A stretch of DNA of 64,000 nt from an uncultured Bacteroidales bacterium (GTDB lineage: Bacteria > Bacteroidota > Bacteroidia > Bacteroidales > GCA-2748055). Below the pieces are notes generated by a model that saw only the letters and a program-made list of their open reading frames with translations, did no database searches and had not been told where the DNA came from. The stretch lies in assembly GCA_963751705.1 (NCBI GenBank), contig CAVVVN010000009.1:88697-152696 (forward strand). The letters are read 5' to 3'. The position numbers and the translations under genes are program-made. Shown here in pieces: positions 33,256 through 43,539 of this stretch. Position 1 is the stretch's first letter, and each line of letters opens with the position of its first letter.

Positions 33256-33429
33256 CCTGGCTTAGCAATTTTTTAAAAGAGAGTGAAGCCCCTGTTGTCC
33301 ATGTCGATGGCAAACTTGTGGTCCGGAAGCAATCTGTTTCCTTTTGGATTATCTGGTTAAGATGCTTAATTTTAGAGAAGCTGTCTCCCGTTGAGCCAGA
33401 TTAGTATTAATCCCCACAAGCCTTCGCAG

Positions 33430-34392
33430 ATGAAATTCAACCTTGATGTATTAAAAATTGACCCGGTTCAGGAATTAGACAGACTTTCCAGCTTCATAGT
33501 GGAACAGGTGGGTGCATTCCGTAAAAAAGGGGTGATCGTGGGTTTGAGCGGCGGGATTGATTCTGCCTGTATTGCTGCTGTTGCTGTTCATGCTTTGGGA
33601 AATGATAAAGTGCTTGGACTTATCCTCCCTGAATCAGAATCTAATCCAATCAGCAGTGAATATGCGGCCAAACATGCACAGGCCCTGGGGATTGAACATC
33701 GCCAGATCGATATCACTCCCACGGTGGACAGTATTGTCAAGTATTCATGGAGAGATGAATTTCTCCAGAAAATGATTCCGGAGTATAAGCCCGGGTACAA
33801 ATACAATATTACCCTTCCCACAGATCTTCTGGAGCGTGCCAGCTTCAGCTTTTATCGTCTTCAGGTTCAGCTGCCGGACGGCGAATTAAAAAGCAAAAGG
33901 CTGAGCCATGCCGAATTACTCACCTTAACCTCCTTTGCAAACATTAAAATCAGGGCTCGAATGTTGCATCTGTATGCCGAAGCAGAAAGGCGTAGTCTTC
34001 TTGTTGCCGGGACTACCAACCGCACTGAATTTATCCTGGGAGATTTTTGTAAATATGGGGATGGTGGAACTGATATTGAACCATTTACCCATCTATACAA
34101 AAATCAGATTTACCAACTATCCGACCATCTGGAAGTAATACCGGAAATTATTGAACGACAGCCGAGTCCTGATACATTCAGCCTTCCTGTCAGCGATCAG
34201 GAGTTTTTTTTCCGGATTGCGTTTGATAAGCTGGATTATCTGCTTTATGCCTGGGAGCATGAAGTCCCTGAAAATGAGGCCGCAAAAGTACTGGATCTTT
34301 CAGAAGATGCAGTAAGCCGGGCATATAAGGACTTTGCTTCCAAATATCGTGCTACCGCTCATTTACGTGAAGTGGCGAAACCCCTGGTATAG
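33430..34392 (+). CDS. nadE: NH3-dependent NAD(+) synthetase family protein
   Basis: GLSGGIDS, NIKIRARM, GTTNRTE, KYGDGG, PSPDT. Confidence 0.88.
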   Translation: MKFNLDVLKIDPVQELDRLSSFIVEQVGAFRKKGVIVGLSGGIDSACIAAVAVHALGNDKVLGLILPESESNPISSEYAAKHAQALGIEHRQIDITPTVDSIVKYSWRDEFLQKMIPEYKPGYKYNITLPTDLLERASFSFYRLQVQLPDGELKSKRLSHAELLTLTSFANIKIRARMLHLYAEAERRSLLVAGTTNRTEFILGDFCKYGDGGTDIEPFTHLYKNQIYQLSDHLEVIPEIIERQPSPDTFSLPVSDQEFFFRIAFDKLDYLLYAWEHEVPENEAAKVLDLSEDAVSRAYKDFASKYRATAHLREVAKPLV

Positions 34393-34409
34393 CTCCTGGA
34401 TTCACCGGC

Positions 34410-34901
34410 CTAGAAGTAAAGCCCATTTTCATTTATGGACTGAATGGCGTTTTTCTCGTGCAGGAGCAGGCTTCGGTATGTTTCTTCGTCCAGGTTGCTT
34501 TTTGCTCCAATAAACTCCAGTTGGTATCCCTCCAGGATCTTTTTGAAAATCAGTTTAACTCTATCCAGGTGATAATCGGAGGTAATGACAGTTAGCTTAC
34601 GGTAATTAAGTCCTGATAATATGGACTTTATCTTCCGTGCATCATCCACGGTATTTTCAGATAACGCAAAATCTAAAAAGTCCTCTTCTGACAGTCCCTT
34701 CTCCAGTAAATATTTTTTTGCATATAATGCGTGTGGTTGATTCGATGTATTAAAGTGAGCTCCCCACGCTCCTGTGCATAATACCCTTTGTCCTTTCGTA
34801 AATAGGTCTCGACAACAATCCAGTCTGCTTTTTGAAATATCACTGAGCTCTCCGGTGGAAGAATTTGGGGAACCTAACACAAGCAATACTTCCGTTTCCA
34901 T
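34410..34901 (-). CDS. YdcF/DUF218 family protein
   Basis: LVLG, CTG, SENTVDD, ITSDYHL.R. Confidence 0.8.
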   Translation of the reverse strand: METEVLLVLGSPNSSTGELSDISKSRLDCCRDLFTKGQRVLCTGAWGAHFNTSNQPHALYAKKYLLEKGLSEEDFLDFALSENTVDDARKIKSILSGLNYRKLTVITSDYHLDRVKLIFKKILEGYQLEFIGAKSNLDEETYRSLLLHEKNAIQSINENGLYF

Positions 34902-36014
34902 CTAGTGAAGAGCTTTTTCCTGCAGACTGGTGTACACCTTTTTCATCACAGCGGTTTTACCCTCATCTTCAGCTACAGCATTAGTGGTAAACATCATTAC
35001 ACCACTGGATTTTCCTGCCAGGCCACCCTTCAGCACAGTCTCAAATTCTTCAGTGGAAATGAGCCCCGGATCATTATGGGCCTGAACAATGGGCCATACT
35101 TTTGGATAGGTATTTTTGGTGATGTTCAGTCTTTGGCTAAACCAGTTTATATTCTCTTCGACCCACGCGGGTTCTCTTCCCATTCTCGCATGGTATACCA
35201 TGGGAGAAAATACATCGACGGTCTCTTTAAGCAGATCATAATCAAGTCCTAAAATACGATATCTGGCACCATCAAATTCCTGATCATTCCAGGGACAATG
35301 ATAAAGTCCCAGGAGTGCCTCCGGTCTTAACTCCTGGACGATGCTTTTCATTTCCCGGGTCCATTCAACAATCACCCCGCACCGCCAGTTGCGCCATGAG
35401 CTATCCTGGTAAGTCAGGATCCACTGCGCCTTCTCCGGTATCGTTCCATCAGGTATTTTTATCCCGGATTCTTGTGAGAATTTACTAAGACAATGCTCAC
35501 AAAAACAGGTTTCGGGTAAGATGGGCTCAGGATCTTCAAACTGTGCATGCCAGTGCACATAATCCATCCAAACACCATCCAGGTCGTACTTTGAAAGTAA
35601 GGACCTCAGCTGATCAAAGCGGTACTTCCGGAAACCGGGCTCGGTAGGACAAACCCCCATAAACCAAGATGCGGCCTGTACCTTTTCGCCTTTTTCATCG
35701 ATTGCCCAGGCTTCCGGGTGTTGATCCACATAATTTTTACCATTCAGGGTGGCAAATTCAGCAAATACCTTTAGTCCCTCCGACCTGGCCCTGTTTACCA
35801 TTTCATGGCTGATGGAACCGCTGTGGACAAAAACTGCATTGATCCCCAGTTGATTGAGATTTAATTCTTTATCCCAAAGAGCTTTGGGATTTCCATAGAT
35901 CCCTCTGATCTCTACCGTTTCAGGAGAATTTTGTTCACAGGAACTAACTGCAAGGAGACCTGCAATAAAAATAAACAGCATGTACCGGGAACAGAATTTA
36001 GTTTTTGTTTCCAT
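34902..36014 (-). CDS. GHL10/DUF187-like TIM-barrel putative glycoside hydrolase lipoprotein
   Basis: Lipobox VSSC; HPEAWAID, YDLDGVWMDY, CFC..C, SPMVYH. Confidence 0.7.
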   Translation of the reverse strand: METKTKFCSRYMLFIFIAGLLAVSSCEQNSPETVEIRGIYGNPKALWDKELNLNQLGINAVFVHSGSISHEMVNRARSEGLKVFAEFATLNGKNYVDQHPEAWAIDEKGEKVQAASWFMGVCPTEPGFRKYRFDQLRSLLSKYDLDGVWMDYVHWHAQFEDPEPILPETCFCEHCLSKFSQESGIKIPDGTIPEKAQWILTYQDSSWRNWRCGVIVEWTREMKSIVQELRPEALLGLYHCPWNDQEFDGARYRILGLDYDLLKETVDVFSPMVYHARMGREPAWVEENINWFSQRLNITKNTYPKVWPIVQAHNDPGLISTEEFETVLKGGLAGKSSGVMMFTTNAVAEDEGKTAVMKKVYTSLQEKALH

Positions 36015-36037
36015 TTTTTCTAGGCCTGTAATCTGAA

Positions 36038-38569
36038 TTAATTAACTCCACTTTCCTTTTTATTTGATAAATGTTTATCTATCAGAAATAATAGCAAGTC
36101 ACGTCTTAATGGTTTGCTCATATAGTCTATACATCCCGCGTCAAAAGCTTTTTGTCGATCGTCGTCTGTCGCATATGCAGTTTGAGCAATAATGCTTAAA
36201 TCAGGGATATAGTGTATGATTTGTCGCGCTGCTTCGTACCCGTTTATGTCCGGCAGCCGAATATCCATTAATACGATATCGGGGGATTGTAAGCTCGCCA
36301 TTTGAACCGCTTCAGAACCATATTCGGTTTGTAAAATTTTTATGCCGGTATTGGATAGTATTTCTTTAATATATGTAGTGTTATAGGGATCGTCTTCTAC
36401 CACCAGGATGGTTTTACCCGTAAAATCGTATTCATGGCTTTCGTCGATGGAAACTTGCTCAGGATTTGATGATTGTGCTTTTTCAAAAGGGATGGAGAAG
36501 TAAAAGGTGGTCCCTTTTTCAATCTCAGATTCGAGCCATATTCCTCCGCCTAATAATTCAACAAGACCCTTGACTATGGATAGGCCTAAACCAGTTCCAC
36601 CCATCAATTTACTGGAGCTCAGGTTCAACTGTGCGAAACGATCAAATATTATTTCTTGTTTGTCCTGGGGTATGCCAAGCCCGGTATCAGACACATAAAA
36701 TACAAGTCGTTGATTTTCATCCAACTTACAGCCCCCTTCAATTTTTCCAGTTTCAGTGAATTTAAAGGCATTGCTTATCAGATTAATAAATATTTGGCGG
36801 AGTTTTGTTTTGTCCGTAACAATGGCATTTGCTGAGGGACCAGAAGGGGGATATAAATTAAACTTGATTTGCTCTTTGCCGGAGCGTTTTTGATATTCTT
36901 TAAAAAATGCAGTTAATTCAGCGAATAATTCATTCAGGTTACAATATTCCTTGCTAACAGTCAATTGACCGGATTCGATTTTAGAAATATCCAGGATATC
37001 ATTGATGATTTCAAGAAGGTCCTTGCTACGCTGGTTTATGATTTCGGAGAATTGTTCAAGTTTTGCTTTGTTGTTATAATTATCAACCAGTAAGGAGGAG
37101 AATCCCATGATTGCATTCATGGGTGTGCGTATCTCGTGGCTCATATTTTGCAGAAAAGCGGTCTTAAGACGGTCACTTTCTTCGGCTTTTTCCTTAGATT
37201 TAATCAGAGCTTCCTCCACCTGTTTGCGGTAGGTGATGTCATTGATAATTGAATGCAGCACCTCCTTTTTGCCAATTTCGATCTTGCTGCTATACACTTC
37301 AACATCCCTTACAGTCCCATTTTTCAGCCGGTGCCTGAATTCGAATTGAATTCGTTTTTGAGATTTTACTTTCTGTATATTCTTATCAACTTCCTCAGGA
37401 GAAAGGGTATTGATATCCTGAATTTTCATCTGCTTCAGTTCTTCACGGCTCCACCCGTAATAGAGAGCGGCGGATTTATTGGCGTCAATAATCTCTCCGG
37501 AGGCCGGGTCGATCAGCATTTTCACCGCCTTGTGATCTTCGAACAATCTGCGGAATTTTTCTTCGCTCTCCTTTAATGTCTTTTCGGCCTTTTTTCTTTT
37601 TGCCTCTTCTTTAAGGACGTTTCTCACCTTGGCAAGCGAATAAAAATAATAGGCGATCGTAATAAATAACAAGGAAAAAATTAAGATCAAGCGATTTCGT
37701 AAGCGGCTAAGTGCGAGATAAATATCTTTTTCCTGGTATGAAATAAGGATCGTCCAATAGGTATTCCCAAGCGGAGTCCGAATAAAAGTGATATACTTGC
37801 CATCTGACTTCGTATTTCCGACATCTATTGCTTCAGTATGGATACTTTTTTCAGTACCACTGGGCTTTTTCTTAATTTCTTCAGACAAATGAATGGCTGA
37901 AGCTTCCCGATCCATATTCTCCAGAAAAGGTTTTCCGGTATGCCCCACAATAGGGCAATATATTTCGATCCCATTTTCACTCAACAACCATACATTCCCG
38001 GTTCCTCTTATCTTGATATTCCCCAGATAAAGTTTCCCTAATTCATCAATCGGGATTAGAATAGCAAGACTGCCTGCAAACACCTTATCTTTAAACACGG
38101 GAACATGCAAAGCGATAGCCAGGTATCCCTGCGCCGATAAAAATACATCGCTTATAACCGGTTGTTTTGTAGCAATCACCTGACGAATATGTTCTTGATA
38201 AGAGATATCATTTCCTAATACCGGTTGATTGTCAGGATATGTATATAAGATGATTCCGTTTGCATCGACTCGAGTAATAGCCGCAAGAATACCCTTGTGA
38301 GTTTCATAGAAGCTGGCTAGTAATGCTTTGCTGTCCTCCGTAAAATCTATGATATCCTCAAACTCCGATAAAAAAGTAAGAACAGACTGGTAATCATCAA
38401 AGAAGGAAGTAATTCCCTGGGATGCTGTCCTGGCCAATATCAGTTGTTCGTTATTAAACTCATTTATCGTTCTATCTTTAACATCTTCATAAATCAGGTA
38501 AAAAGCTATAAAGAAAATGACTAATACGATGGGCATCAGGAGATACCTGTTTGAATATTTCAATTCCAT
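36038..38569 (-). CDS. Hybrid sensor histidine kinase (Cache-PAS-HisKA-HATPase-REC)
   Basis: Two TM helices; NMSHEIRTPMN, NLISNAFKFT, DTGLGI, GTGLGL; receiver LMDIRLP. Confidence 0.93.
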   Translation of the reverse strand: MELKYSNRYLLMPIVLVIFFIAFYLIYEDVKDRTINEFNNEQLILARTASQGITSFFDDYQSVLTFLSEFEDIIDFTEDSKALLASFYETHKGILAAITRVDANGIILYTYPDNQPVLGNDISYQEHIRQVIATKQPVISDVFLSAQGYLAIALHVPVFKDKVFAGSLAILIPIDELGKLYLGNIKIRGTGNVWLLSENGIEIYCPIVGHTGKPFLENMDREASAIHLSEEIKKKPSGTEKSIHTEAIDVGNTKSDGKYITFIRTPLGNTYWTILISYQEKDIYLALSRLRNRLILIFSLLFITIAYYFYSLAKVRNVLKEEAKRKKAEKTLKESEEKFRRLFEDHKAVKMLIDPASGEIIDANKSAALYYGWSREELKQMKIQDINTLSPEEVDKNIQKVKSQKRIQFEFRHRLKNGTVRDVEVYSSKIEIGKKEVLHSIINDITYRKQVEEALIKSKEKAEESDRLKTAFLQNMSHEIRTPMNAIMGFSSLLVDNYNNKAKLEQFSEIINQRSKDLLEIINDILDISKIESGQLTVSKEYCNLNELFAELTAFFKEYQKRSGKEQIKFNLYPPSGPSANAIVTDKTKLRQIFINLISNAFKFTETGKIEGGCKLDENQRLVFYVSDTGLGIPQDKQEIIFDRFAQLNLSSSKLMGGTGLGLSIVKGLVELLGGGIWLESEIEKGTTFYFSIPFEKAQSSNPEQVSIDESHEYDFTGKTILVVEDDPYNTTYIKEILSNTGIKILQTEYGSEAVQMASLQSPDIVLMDIRLPDINGYEAARQIIHYIPDLSIIAQTAYATDDDRQKAFDAGCIDYMSKPLRRDLLLFLIDKHLSNKKESGVN

Positions 38570-38623
38570 CCTTTTATAATTTCATATATCCCTGCCAGTT
38601 TCTATATATAACTGCAATTAATG

Positions 38624-38631
38624 CAAATTTA
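38624..38631 (-). promoter_or_regulatory. -7 box TAAATTTG for the hybrid kinase
   Basis: Exact TAnnTTTG match. Confidence 0.55.
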
Positions 38632-38667
38632 TTGACGAAGAAGGTGTTTTAATACAGCCTGGTTGCA

Positions 38668-40332
38668 CTAGTTGATTTGAACTCTTTTTTCGCCACGGTA
38701 ACTTCTTAATTCTTTAATATTCCTCAGGTAGGTGATTGTTGCATCAGCGCTTACAATAAAAAGCGATTGACCGGGATCGCTGTGCTCGTATTTGTACACC
38801 TGAGTCATATAGTTATTCATGGCAACCGTATAAGTATCATTCATCGCCAGCGGAGTACCGCTATCGGTCAGAAGAAGCACATCCAACAGGTTTCCATGCT
38901 CATCCAGTTTCAGCATTGTTTGTATCCCTGAAGGATAGAGGGGACGGTTGTCGTCCATGGACCAGGCTTCAAGCATCAAAGAATGAATTTCATTTCCGGT
39001 AAGATTTGTTACTACCAATTCATTTCCAAAGGGATCCAGCTGGTAAACATTCATAATAGTGATGGGCCCTTTTGCCAGACGATCGATGCGGACACCCCCC
39101 GGGTTTACCAGGGCAATGTCAGATTTGGCAGCTTCACGTTGTGCATCGGCCATAAGGTAACCCAGCTCTTCCCGTGATGAAAAATCGTCAGTAGCTCTTG
39201 CAATCACCTCTTTCAGTGCCGGATTGTCGTTGTATGTATCCACCAGGGCACGAATGGAAGGTTTCTCCTTCTCCGAGTTTCTAATTTCGATGAGTTCCAT
39301 GCTTCTTTGAAGCGTTCCATCACCGCGAAGGCTTAATTTAATCAGTGTGCCGTATTTTAATTTGCTTTCCGCCTGTGTAATCAGTATGCCCTTGTGGATT
39401 TGTTCTTTTTCAACTTTTGTATGTGAATGTCCTCCGATAATCAAATCCATACCAGCTGGCATGGTTTCGGCTAGTTTTACGTCGTTCTCAAAACCCAGGT
39501 GAGTCAGTGCAATGAACATATCACTTTGATCTTTCAAATAGAGATATTCGGGAGCTGTTTCAAAGGGAGAGCTGAAGGCAAAACCTTTTACATTGTCGGG
39601 ATGTGTATCGGGAATGCCGTTTTGATTGATCTGCAAAAGACCCAGAAATGCCAGTTTCAGTCCGTTGGGTAAAGTGATAATTTTATAGGGACTAATGTTC
39701 ATATTGTAAGATTCGTCTACGGATAAGTTGGCGCATATAAAATCAAAGTTGGCTTTGTGAGTCAGCTTGCTGAAACCTTCAGGGCGGGTATCGAATTCGT
39801 GGTTTCCTACCGCGCTCAGGTCAAAACCAAGCGCATTCATTAATTCAATGATGGGTAATCCTTTTTCGTGGTACTGATCGTTTACCGGATTTCCTGTTTG
39901 ATTGTCGCCCGCACCAATAAGAAGCATGTCGGGATAAATGGCCCGCAGACTATCGACGATGAAAGCAAACTTTGGAAAATTATCAAGGCTTGCATGCATG
40001 TCGTTAACCGAAAAAATGATGGCTTGTTTTGTACCCTGTTTGAATGTAATGGCTTTCTTCCCGGTGCTGCAGGCGAAAAGAAATCCGATCGTAAGAAAGG
40101 CCAGAATCAGTTTCTGAAATAGAGATTTCTTTTTGTGTTTTCCCTTAATAAAAAGAATATTGCCTTCGGTCAGTTCACCATCATAGGCAACTTTGTTTCC
40201 GTAGCGATCCTCCACAAGAGGCATATGTTTGGGGCTTTTTTTACCCGTCTGCGCATAATATTTGAGAATGGCATCTTTTACTCTGGCTCCGTTGTGTAGT
40301 TCCAGAGAATTACTGTTTACTGTAATTTTCAT
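38668..40332 (-). CDS. 5'-nucleotidase/UDP-sugar hydrolase metallophosphatase with an extra N-terminal ~65-aa domain
   Basis: NDMH, GD, GNHEFD, THLG, GGHSH, NPGGVR; internal lipobox LFAC. Confidence 0.88.
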   Translation of the reverse strand: MKITVNSNSLELHNGARVKDAILKYYAQTGKKSPKHMPLVEDRYGNKVAYDGELTEGNILFIKGKHKKKSLFQKLILAFLTIGFLFACSTGKKAITFKQGTKQAIIFSVNDMHASLDNFPKFAFIVDSLRAIYPDMLLIGAGDNQTGNPVNDQYHEKGLPIIELMNALGFDLSAVGNHEFDTRPEGFSKLTHKANFDFICANLSVDESYNMNISPYKIITLPNGLKLAFLGLLQINQNGIPDTHPDNVKGFAFSSPFETAPEYLYLKDQSDMFIALTHLGFENDVKLAETMPAGMDLIIGGHSHTKVEKEQIHKGILITQAESKLKYGTLIKLSLRGDGTLQRSMELIEIRNSEKEKPSIRALVDTYNDNPALKEVIARATDDFSSREELGYLMADAQREAAKSDIALVNPGGVRIDRLAKGPITIMNVYQLDPFGNELVVTNLTGNEIHSLMLEAWSMDDNRPLYPSGIQTMLKLDEHGNLLDVLLLTDSGTPLAMNDTYTVAMNNYMTQVYKYEHSDPGQSLFIVSADATITYLRNIKELRSYRGEKRVQIN

Positions 40333-40420
40333 TTATTCATGGTTGCGATTTACATAAACCTAAAATACGATTTTCCCTAAGCTCCTTATGCCGATATTTT
40401 TTATACTCTTCATGAAAGTA

Positions 40421-41995
40421 TCAATAATCCGTTTGTTCGTTTTTGAAGTACTTGATATCCAAGAGGTCCAGAATCCGCAAATGATGGTTCAACCGGAGAG
40501 CAAATGATTCCCAGTCTTTGGTAGATTCCTCCAACCACCCAACTTCTGCCAGCGCCAGCATGCGGGGAAATATTTGCCTGTCCATTTCCGGTTCAATTCT
40601 GTTCAGATGTGACCAGTAATTGGCCTGAACTCCAAGAATTTTTTCTTTGTCTTCCTTTTTGAGATCAACCGGCATGGGGGCAAAGGAGTAGACTTTCTTT
40701 GTTGAAGTCGTCTCATAGGTATAGTCAAAATAACAATGAGAAGTTGGTGTCATAATGATATTATTACCCTGATCTAGAACAAATTCCGGCATTTCTGTTT
40801 TCCACCCCCTCCAATACATGACTGTTGCCGTTTTACTTAGTCCGCCTTCTGTGATTTCATCCCAGCCAATCATAGTTTTACCCCGGGCAGCTAAATAAAC
40901 TTCAATTTGTTTAATAAACCAGCTCTGCAATTCATGCTCATCCATTAAGCCCTCATCTGTAATTCTTTGCTGACATTTTGGACATTCTTTCCAATGATCT
41001 TTCGGGGCCTCATCACCCCCTATATGGACATATTTAGAGGGAAATAGTTCTATGATCTCGGATAGTACATCCTTTATAAACACGAAGGTTTCATCATTGC
41101 CGGCACAAAAAATCTCTTTATGTATTCCGGGGCCAAGAACAAAGGGATGGATTTTCAGAGTATCCCCTTTGCAGGATAGTTCCGGATACACGGAAAAAAC
41201 TTCTGAAGAATGGCCTGGCATTTCAATTTCCGGAATGATCTCAATATTTCTTTCCGCCGCATAGCTTATCAGCTCTTTGATGTCTGCCTGAGAATAATAT
41301 CCTTCTCTTTCTTCAGGTTCATGGTAAGAAGTGTCAAATTTTGAGGCAATTTCAGTGAGCAGGGGATACTTGGAGATTTCAATTCGCCACCCCTGATCAT
41401 CTGTAAGATGCATGTGCAGTTTATTCATCTTGTACAGAGCCATTACATCCAAATATTTCCTGCTGATTCTTTTGTCCCAGAATGTCCGGCTATAGTCAAT
41501 CATCAAGCCTCTCCATTCAAACTGAGGGCTATCTTCAATCCTGCAGTTTGGAATATTCCATTCCGTATCTTCAACTTCTGCATGCCTGAATATCTCCCCC
41601 GGTAATAGTTGAAGAAGTGTTTGAAAGGCATAAAATATCCCTTTTGGATGAAGTGCTTCAATCAGAATCTTGTTTTCAGTTACTTCCAGGGTATATCCTT
41701 CATCTCCCAGATTCTCCAGCCTTTTATTTAGGTTTAATATGATCTGCCTGGATCGGATATCGGCTTTCCCAATCTTTAAATCAAATCCTGTGGCAGGATA
41801 TAGATAATCTCTTAGCTGTATTGCCTTGGATTCCAAATTTTTACCAGGAATAATTACGGTCTGCGAGTTTAATTTAAAAAATCCCTCTTGTTTTTCTACC
41901 ATGGAAGGATATGGGATGATATTCAGGTCCTGGCAATAGAGTATAGACGGGAAAAATAAAATCACTGCCAGAATAAGTCCTTTGAAAATCTTCAT
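40421..41995 (-). CDS. Beta-N-acetylhexosaminidase (GH20)
   Basis: WRGLMID, HLTDDQGWR, PEIEMPGH, HIGGDE. Confidence 0.95.
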   Translation of the reverse strand: MKIFKGLILAVILFFPSILYCQDLNIIPYPSMVEKQEGFFKLNSQTVIIPGKNLESKAIQLRDYLYPATGFDLKIGKADIRSRQIILNLNKRLENLGDEGYTLEVTENKILIEALHPKGIFYAFQTLLQLLPGEIFRHAEVEDTEWNIPNCRIEDSPQFEWRGLMIDYSRTFWDKRISRKYLDVMALYKMNKLHMHLTDDQGWRIEISKYPLLTEIASKFDTSYHEPEEREGYYSQADIKELISYAAERNIEIIPEIEMPGHSSEVFSVYPELSCKGDTLKIHPFVLGPGIHKEIFCAGNDETFVFIKDVLSEIIELFPSKYVHIGGDEAPKDHWKECPKCQQRITDEGLMDEHELQSWFIKQIEVYLAARGKTMIGWDEITEGGLSKTATVMYWRGWKTEMPEFVLDQGNNIIMTPTSHCYFDYTYETTSTKKVYSFAPMPVDLKKEDKEKILGVQANYWSHLNRIEPEMDRQIFPRMLALAEVGWLEESTKDWESFALRLNHHLRILDLLDIKYFKNEQTDY

Positions 41996-42175
41996 GGGAA
42001 TATGCTTAGTTAAAAAACAGTTGCGGACAAGAAAGCATTGCTTACTTCTTAGAAGGATATTAAGGTCAATGCCTTCCTATCACACAACACCTAGTGCAAG
42101 CTACAACCTTGTCAACTATAAATCAAATAGAAGTATTTGAGAGTGTAAGGGATATGGCCTGGTAAAATCAATAAT

Positions 42176-42427
42176 TTATGTATTTAAAACCTCATTTGCC
42201 AGATATAAAATGTAAGCTGCTGAGGTAATCCCTTCTTTTTTGAAGATCTTCCATTGAAAGTTAGGATCGAGGAAAAAAATGTAATTCGAAACATTCTGGT
42301 ATTGAACACGATCAATCTCAATTCCATCCACCTCATCTTTGATCCAGCAGACTGCAAAAAAATCACCTTTCGGTTTTGACGTAATTTCGTTGATGATCTG
42401 GGATATGTTGATAGATTCCGGGTTCAT
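42176..42427 (-). CDS. Small hypothetical protein
   Basis: 83-aa ORF fills an intergenic gap in the same orientation as its neighbours; no motif recognised. Confidence 0.4.
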   Translation of the reverse strand: MNPESINISQIINEITSKPKGDFFAVCWIKDEVDGIEIDRVQYQNVSNYIFFLDPNFQWKIFKKEGITSAAYILYLANEVLNT

Positions 42428-42507
42428 TCCATATTGGTCTTCTGGGTATAATTTTCTGGTTTTATATGCATTTTTATTTTCTGAAAAACCTGGATTGTAA
42501 TTTACAT

Positions 42508-43500
42508 TTACAATAATTTTAGTACTGTACGGCCTTTCAACTTCCCCTTAAGCATAAGGTCAAATTTATCCCTGATTTCATCCAGTGTGATTTCATCGCA
42601 GGTTTCTGCTAATTGCGCTGGTTTCCAATCTCCAGCCAATTTACTCCATACCAGCTTCCTGTATTTCATTGGATAATTCTGAGAATCAATCCCTATAAGT
42701 GTAATACCTCTTAAGATAAATGGAAAAACGGTCAGATTAAGATTCGGTGATGCCACATTTCCGCAAGAGGTCACGGCACCCATTGATGCAGTGGATTTAA
42801 GTATATTCTCCAGAATTATTCCTCCTACCGTATCAATAGCACCAGCACATATGGCTTTTAACATGGGTCGTTCCTCTAAATTTTCGAAATCATTTCTCAG
42901 AATTATGTGTTGAGCGCCCAGATTTAGGAGGTAGTCCTTTTCTGATTCTTTGCCTGTAATGGCTGTTACGGTATACCCCAATTTACTGAGGATTGCTATA
43001 CTTAAAGCTCCAACACCTCCTGTTGCACCGGAAACGATAATTTTCCCATCTTCAGGCTTTACCAGTTCAATCAGCCGGAACACTGACATACCCGCCGTTA
43101 ACCCAGCCGTGCCGTAAACCATCGCCTCTTTCATCGTCAGATTTTCGGGTAATTTTAGCGCCCATGCCGATGGCACACTGATATATTCACTAAATCCTCC
43201 ATCTGTATTCATACCCAAATCATAACTGGTGACAATCACCTTTTCACCCACAGGGAATGATGAGTTTTCTGATTTAATGATTGTTCCAACGGCATCTATT
43301 CCCGGGGTATGCGGGTATTTTTTTGTGACGCCTCTATTTCCGGATGCTGAAAGTGCATCCTTGTAATTCAAAGATGAATAGGATACTCTAATTAATAATT
43401 CCCCTCTGGGCAACTCCTCAATTTTTCTTGTTTTGATTGCCCCGATGAATTTTCCATCCTTTTCTTCAACTACAAAAGATATAAATCTATGTTTTTCCAT
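42508..43500 (-). CDS. YhdH/YhfP-family MDR oxidoreductase (acryloyl-CoA reductase-like)
   Basis: YSSLNYKDA, PGID, GTAGLTA, GATGGVG, PFILRG. Confidence 0.9.
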   Translation of the reverse strand: MEKHRFISFVVEEKDGKFIGAIKTRKIEELPRGELLIRVSYSSLNYKDALSASGNRGVTKKYPHTPGIDAVGTIIKSENSSFPVGEKVIVTSYDLGMNTDGGFSEYISVPSAWALKLPENLTMKEAMVYGTAGLTAGMSVFRLIELVKPEDGKIIVSGATGGVGALSIAILSKLGYTVTAITGKESEKDYLLNLGAQHIILRNDFENLEERPMLKAICAGAIDTVGGIILENILKSTASMGAVTSCGNVASPNLNLTVFPFILRGITLIGIDSQNYPMKYRKLVWSKLAGDWKPAQLAETCDEITLDEIRDKFDLMLKGKLKGRTVLKLL

Positions 43501-43539
43501 GTGACATTGCATATCGGGTTTACCTGTTGATAGCCTCTG

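Noticed and set aside
42020-42035. TTGCGGACAAG upstream of GH20, resembling a cassette end
   Set aside because: No partner arm and no complementary GTTGTCCGC after the GH20 stop.
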